From Akkermansia muciniphila ATCC BAA-835 (lineage in GTDB: Bacteria; Verrucomicrobiota; Verrucomicrobiia; Verrucomicrobiales; Akkermansiaceae): 32,000 nucleotides of DNA. Both the position numbers and the translations under genes were made by a program. Under the pieces are notes generated by a model. The model worked only from the letters and a program-made list of their open reading frames with translations. It was not told the DNA's origin and did no database searches. The DNA lies in NCBI RefSeq assembly GCF_000020225.1, contig NC_010655.1, forward strand, positions 1,980,001 to 2,012,000, given 5' to 3'. This document shows positions 29,150 through 32,000 of the stretch, piece after piece; within the stretch, counting starts at the first letter, position 1, and every line of letters starts with the position of its first letter.

Positions 29150-29398
29150 TTATATTTTAGCTATTTTTTTATCAAGATTAAATCTTAAAAATCTTGAAAG
29201 AGCTAAATATACAGAACCTCTTCCAACTAGTGGAAATCTATTGCGTTTTGTGTCTAATTTTAGTTTCTTGCCAATTTTAGACTCTACAGCCGCATCTAAT
29301 TCAGAGGCATCCATCTCTAATATTCTAGATACAGGCACTCCAACAGAACGAGCAATCGCCTGCTTAGTTTCCTCATTCAAAGATATTTTAGGTAACAT
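29150..29398 (-). CDS. Hypothetical 82-aa protein, possible N-terminal HTH; translationally coupled to the 215-aa gene
   Basis: An intact ORF. The N-terminal segment ISLNEETKQAIARSVGVPVSRIL resembles a helix-turn-helix. Its stop TAA (29152-29150) is separated from the downstream ATG (29148) by 1 nt. Confidence 0.6.
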   Translation of the reverse strand: MLPKISLNEETKQAIARSVGVPVSRILEMDASELDAAVESKIGKKLKLDTKRNRFPLVGRGSVYLALSRFLRFNLDKKIAKI

Positions 29399-29487
29399 GA
29401 TGCTCTCTACAATAAGTACCTCTTCAAAATGGATTATTCATAAAATATGTCAACTAATATTACACGATATTATCTATATGACGCATA

Positions 29488-29631
29488 TTATCCATTGATT
29501 GACGATTTTTCAACCTTCTCCTCCACAGTCCCCAAAATCCATTCCTCCACCGCCAATCCTTCTTTGACGGCCCGCTTGACCATCTCATTTAGAGTAGAAT
29601 TTTTCATTCGAACGACGATTTGTGATTCCAA
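29488..29631 (-). CDS. Small ribbon-helix-helix-like ORF missing from the ORF track (47 codons from TTG 29631, or 39 from ATG 29607)
   Basis: My translation is (M)ESQIVVRMKNSTLNEMVKRAVKEGLAVEEWILGTVEEKVEKSSING. This fits a beta-strand followed by helices, as in CopG/Arc/HicB-type antitoxins. It also aligns with the C-terminal tail of the upstream 118-aa protein (IPNKILNLAVRAAVQKDMSVEEFVVWATEGAARKIVE). Confidence 0.45.
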   Translation of the reverse strand: MESQIVVRMKNSTLNEMVKRAVKEGLAVEEWILGTVEEKVEKSSING

Positions 29632-29669
29632 TTCCGAATTGGGTAATCGACATTCATCAGGTGTACAAG

Positions 29670-29692
29670 GAGTCTCTCACGTTGAGAGTCTC
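29670..29692. promoter_or_regulatory. Palindrome GAGTCTCTCA-cgt-TGAGAGTCTC between the HTH gene and the small RHH ORF (operator or attenuator hairpin)
   Basis: 10-bp arms with one mismatch and a 3-nt spacer. It lies about 40 nt upstream of the TTG of the RHH-like ORF and 40 nt downstream of the HTH gene stop. Confidence 0.4.
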
Positions 29693-29731
29693 TAAATACC
29701 TAGATAGCCACTCATTTCCGAGCCTTTCTTT

Positions 29732-30088
29732 CTAATTACACCTATTCCCTTCCACAATTTTCCTCGCCGCCCCTTCTGTGGCCCACACCACAAATTCCTC
29801 AACACTCATATCCTTCTGAACCGCCGCTCGAACGGCCAAATTGAGAATTTTGTTAGGGATAGGAACGCTCAGTTGAGAAACAAAGTCATTGTTGGAAGCA
29901 GGTTCCCGGCCTTTCATGTAGCGGGAAATCAGAATCTGAACGTGTTTAGGAATACTGCCCTTGGAAAAATAGTTATCAATGGTGCTTCTGGCTAGACCTA
30001 GGGAGGAAGCAAGTTCGGTGCGGGAAACTTTGTTCTCTTCTAACCACCTTCCCAACGTCTGAATATCCAGCGGGCGTTTCTCGTCCAT
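29732..30088 (-). CDS. Transcriptional regulator: N-terminal Cro/XRE-type HTH fused to an RHH-like C-terminal tail
   Basis: 118 aa. The HTH is VSRTELASSLGLARSTIDNYFSKGSIP. The C-terminal segment resembles CopG/HicB-antitoxin-type sequences. It is the first gene of the minus-strand cargo operon and faces a divergent operator-rich promoter. Confidence 0.75.
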   Translation of the reverse strand: MDEKRPLDIQTLGRWLEENKVSRTELASSLGLARSTIDNYFSKGSIPKHVQILISRYMKGREPASNNDFVSQLSVPIPNKILNLAVRAAVQKDMSVEEFVVWATEGAARKIVEGNRCN

Positions 30089-30090
30089 GC

Positions 30091-30210
30091 GGATAATTTT
30101 CTCCTATCAGGAGGGCAAATGGAAGAATCCGGGTTATTTATGATTGACAAAATCCTATTAGGATAATAATAGCTCTTTTATTGGACAATATTACATCTCA
30201 TTAGGATAAT
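30091..30210. promoter_or_regulatory. Divergent promoter region with three operator-like palindromes (consensus TCCTATYAGGA)
   Basis: The sites are TCCTATCAGGA (30102-30112), TCCTATTAGGA (30153-30163) and the degenerate TCTCATTAGGA (30197-30207). GGATAAT recurs at 30091, 30161 and 30204. Sigma70-like elements TTGACA (30144-30149) and TTGGAC (30181)...GATAAT (30205) overlap the sites. Confidence 0.6.
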
Positions 30211-30249
30211 TCTTTGTCCTCTCTAAGGAATCCAAAACCTAAAAACATC

Positions 30250-30873
30250 ATGAACACGAAAACCATCATCACCAGTTTGGGGCTTATGGGCCTCTCATGT
30301 ACCGCACAGGCCGCCTCTAGTGACCCTTGGAACTATTATAGAATGGGAGGGAATTATAGTTCCGCATATTCAACACGGTATGATTCCAATTTTGGAATGA
30401 GCATTAGAGGAATGTACGGATTCCATTCGGGGAATGATTATGGAATAGATATGCCAGACCTGTACGGTGCCCAATTAGGACTTCACGCTAACATTCCAGC
30501 GGGTTCTGTTTTCCATGAATTATCTTTCAATCTCGGCGCGCTTACAGGTTCTAAAACCTACGAAGGGGAGTTGAAATGGAAACAACAGGTATTCCCATTT
30601 ACCGCTGGATATTCTTTTAATGTCCCCTTATCTGATTCTGCCACTTTCTATTTAGGCGGCAAAATAGGCCTTCATTATTATAAACAGGAACTCTCTGGAG
30701 GTGGAGGAAAAGTATCTGAGTCTGATTCTAGTGGAACTTACTCGGCATTAATCGGTTTCAAATTTGCTGTTGCAGAAAAAACAGACATCGTTATTGGATA
30801 TGAAATAACGAAATACTGGTCAGATGTTGACCCATACCACTTTATCACAGTTGGCTTTAGCTGGTCATTCTAA
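30250..30873 (+). CDS. Small outer-membrane beta-barrel protein (OmpX/OmpW-like, OMP_b-brl type)
   Basis: Signal peptide MNTKTIITSLGLMGLSCTAQA. The sequence has alternating hydrophobic/aromatic strands, Gly/Ser-rich loops, and a C-terminal beta-signal ending in Phe (ITVGFSWSF). ATG 30250 was chosen within the longer ORF that starts at 30214. Confidence 0.75.
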   Translation: MNTKTIITSLGLMGLSCTAQAASSDPWNYYRMGGNYSSAYSTRYDSNFGMSIRGMYGFHSGNDYGIDMPDLYGAQLGLHANIPAGSVFHELSFNLGALTGSKTYEGELKWKQQVFPFTAGYSFNVPLSDSATFYLGGKIGLHYYKQELSGGGGKVSESDSSGTYSALIGFKFAVAEKTDIVIGYEITKYWSDVDPYHFITVGFSWSF

Positions 30874-30894
30874 CTTTCGGCGGTGAATTAACTG

Positions 30895-30920
30895 GCCTCC
30901 TTCCTTTCGGGGAAGGGGGC
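30895..30920 (+). terminator. Hairpin terminator after the beta-barrel gene
   Basis: The 10-bp stem pairs 30895-30904 with 30911-30920 (GCCTCCTTCC / GGAAGGGGGC, one G-U pair). The loop is TTTCGG, and a T-rich stretch (GATTCTTTGATTT) follows. Confidence 0.5.
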
Positions 30921-30971
30921 GATTCTTTGATTTGCATGACTTAGGCCGTCGCCTTGCTCGCAAGGTGGCGG

Positions 30972-31913
30972 TCAATTCTTCAATTCGGCGTAAGTAATTC
31001 TCGTCGAAAATGCTTTAGCCATAAGAGAATCCAATCTTACCCATGTGTGGATTTTCACATTTCCCTCATTCAACCGATACGCAAATTCATCTACATATCT
31101 CTGTAAATGTTTTGTGCTGAATGAATGGTAGATTCCATAGAATCCTCTCTTCAAAACCGCCCATACGCTCTCGATGCCGTTAGTATGGGCCATTCCGTCA
31201 ACATACTGCTTGGCACTATGATTCACCACCTGATGATTGAACTGTGATTCTTTGTAAGAAGCATGTTCATCAGTAACCAGAACGGAATCCCGGCTCAAAT
31301 ACTTATTCAAAACTTGGTGAACTGTATCTCTTGAAGTGTCGGGAATAACCCTTGCTAAAACCTTTCCTGCTCTGGCTCTCATTCCTAAAACCGCTGTCTT
31401 TCCAACAATTCCGCGCCCAGCCTTCAATTTCTGAGATTCGTGCTTATTGGATTCCTTGCCTCCAATATACACCCCATCAGCTTCAACAATTCCAGATAGA
31501 AAGCCGTTATTGTCATCGTCATCATGGTTGGAATTGCATGCTTCCCTAATCCTTTGAAGCATGAACCACGCCGTTTTTTGCGTAACCCCAATTTCCTTGG
31601 AAAGTTGCATGGAGCTAATACCCTTTCTGGAAGTCACTACTAAATAGAAGGCAAAAATCCATTTATGAAGTGGAACATGGCTTCTCTCAAAAATAGTTCC
31701 AGTCCTCACAGTATAAACTTTCCCGCACTCCCCGCATTCAAAATACCCCTCAACCCCGTTCCTCTTTACTCTATACTGTTTTTCGCTTTTCCCGCAGAAC
31801 GGGCAAACTACCTTATCGCCCCACCGCTTTTCCTCTAAATACTTTTTAGCTGATTCCTCATTGGGGAATTTTTCAAAAAGCTCAAAAAGTGAAATAGTTA
31901 AGCGGTCGTTCAT
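30972..31913 (-). CDS. IS1595-family (ISXO2-like) DDE transposase
   Basis: An N-terminal transposase zinc-ribbon (CPFCGKSEKQY...YFECGECGKVYTVRTGTIFERSHVPLHKW) is followed by a DDE domain (GIVEADGVYIGGKE, LVTDEHASYK, HTNGIESVWAVLKRGFYGIYHSFSTKHLQRYVDEFAYRLN). ATG 31913 is preceded by AAGGAGG. Confidence 0.92.
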   Translation of the reverse strand: MNDRLTISLFELFEKFPNEESAKKYLEEKRWGDKVVCPFCGKSEKQYRVKRNGVEGYFECGECGKVYTVRTGTIFERSHVPLHKWIFAFYLVVTSRKGISSMQLSKEIGVTQKTAWFMLQRIREACNSNHDDDDNNGFLSGIVEADGVYIGGKESNKHESQKLKAGRGIVGKTAVLGMRARAGKVLARVIPDTSRDTVHQVLNKYLSRDSVLVTDEHASYKESQFNHQVVNHSAKQYVDGMAHTNGIESVWAVLKRGFYGIYHSFSTKHLQRYVDEFAYRLNEGNVKIHTWVRLDSLMAKAFSTRITYAELKN

Positions 31914-31953
31914 GGGTGCCTCCTTAGTATGGCTAATTAATAGCATACGGAGA

Positions 31954-31978
31954 AACCGAAGTCAAGTATATAAGGCCC
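31954..31978 (-). repeat. Right terminal inverted repeat (IRR)
   Basis: The reverse complement GGGCCTTATATACTTGACTTCGGTT matches IRL. It lies about 40 nt upstream of the transposase start. Confidence 0.75.
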
Positions 31979-31986
31979 TTTGAAAA
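31979..31986. repeat. Right copy of the 8-bp target-site duplication TTTGAAAA
   Basis: Identical to 28036-28043. The downstream bases AAGGCTCCAATACG continue the GH2 reading frame. Confidence 0.8.
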
Positions 31987-32000
31987 AAGGCTCCAATACG

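Larger units (their letters stand above)
28044..31978. mobile_element. IS1595-family transposon (3,935 bp) carrying passenger genes
   Basis: It is bounded by imperfect terminal inverted repeats and an 8-bp direct duplication. An IS1595-type DDE transposase sits at the right end. I found no internal IR near the transposase stop. Hand-counted sample lines gave 25-37% G+C, versus about 65% in the adjacent GH2 sequence. Confidence 0.8.

Noticed and set aside
29455-29472. TAATAT-tacacg-ATATTA palindrome upstream of the 82-aa gene, and the TACACGATA 9-mer it shares with the arms of the 33-bp palindrome
   Set aside because: These are short AT-rich matches of the kind expected by chance in a ~35% G+C element. 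The idea of a shared operator is interesting, but it is not supportable without binding data or conservation.
29447-29695. 82-aa plus-strand ORF between the 82-aa gene and the HTH gene
   Set aside because: It lies antisense to the better-supported RHH-like small ORF. It is Ser/Thr-rich with no motif and runs against the direction of the operon.
30944-30973. GTCGCCTTGCTCGCAAGGTGGCGGTC hairpin sharing the GGCCGTCGC prefix with the solo CRISPR-like repeat
   Set aside because: Only the 9-mer prefix and the general hairpin shape are shared. The tail lacks the ATTGAA-type end, and 9-mer coincidences are expected many times over in 32 kb. It is more simply a second hairpin in the convergent terminator region, and it pairs best on the plus strand.
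1-32000. Search for tRNA, rRNA, tmRNA and multi-repeat CRISPR arrays
   Set aside because: I found no T-loop or anticodon-arm-like segments, no rRNA-like stretches, and no regularly spaced repeats. Only the single I-C-like repeat at 14215 was seen.

Overview
The window is mostly a G+C-rich chromosomal backbone, roughly 55-65% G+C by hand counts of sample lines. It is densely packed with housekeeping genes of a Gram-negative bacterium. Gene content and composition remind me of Akkermansia or other Verrucomicrobiota, but that is recollection only and not verifiable here.

Backbone genes, left to right:
- a secretin (5' end outside the window) and a membrane-anchored hypothetical protein
- a DUF374/LPLAT acyltransferase, folD and fabI
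- a minus-strand dus, transglutaminase-like and lipid-kinase operon
- a long-form ispH, a zinc-ribbon protein, rpsT and a HAD hydrolase
- ilvB, psd, a minus-strand leuS-rpe pair and a Cys-type sulfatase
- a lipoprotein with an acidic tail, and the polyamine pair nspC-speA
- a lone tyrosine recombinase

I saw no rRNA gene, tRNA gene or multi-repeat CRISPR array.

Two AT-rich accessory segments stand out:
1. Between ilvB and psd (13.8-15.5 kb) there is about 650 bp of non-coding DNA. It holds one solitary repeat that looks like a type I-C CRISPR repeat and a 13-bp long-range inverted repeat. A low-GC lipoprotein of the BSP (HExxH) peptidase family follows.
2. At 28,044-31,978 a 3.9-kb IS1595-family transposon sits inside a GH2 glycosidase gene. 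It has imperfect terminal inverted repeats and a perfect 8-bp target duplication (TTTGAAAA). Joining the flanks restores the GH2 reading frame.

Besides the transposase, the transposon carries an outer-membrane beta-barrel gene and a divergent promoter with three TCCTATYAGGA operator-like palindromes. It also carries a minus-strand operon made of an HTH/RHH regulator, a small RHH ORF missing from the ORF track, and an 82-aa protein translationally coupled to a 215-aa protein that ends in a single membrane helix. That operon is followed by a perfect 33-bp-stem palindrome and a terminator.

The cargo operon matches no family I recognise. It is my best candidate for an undescribed system, possibly a toxin-antitoxin, abortive-infection or exclusion module.
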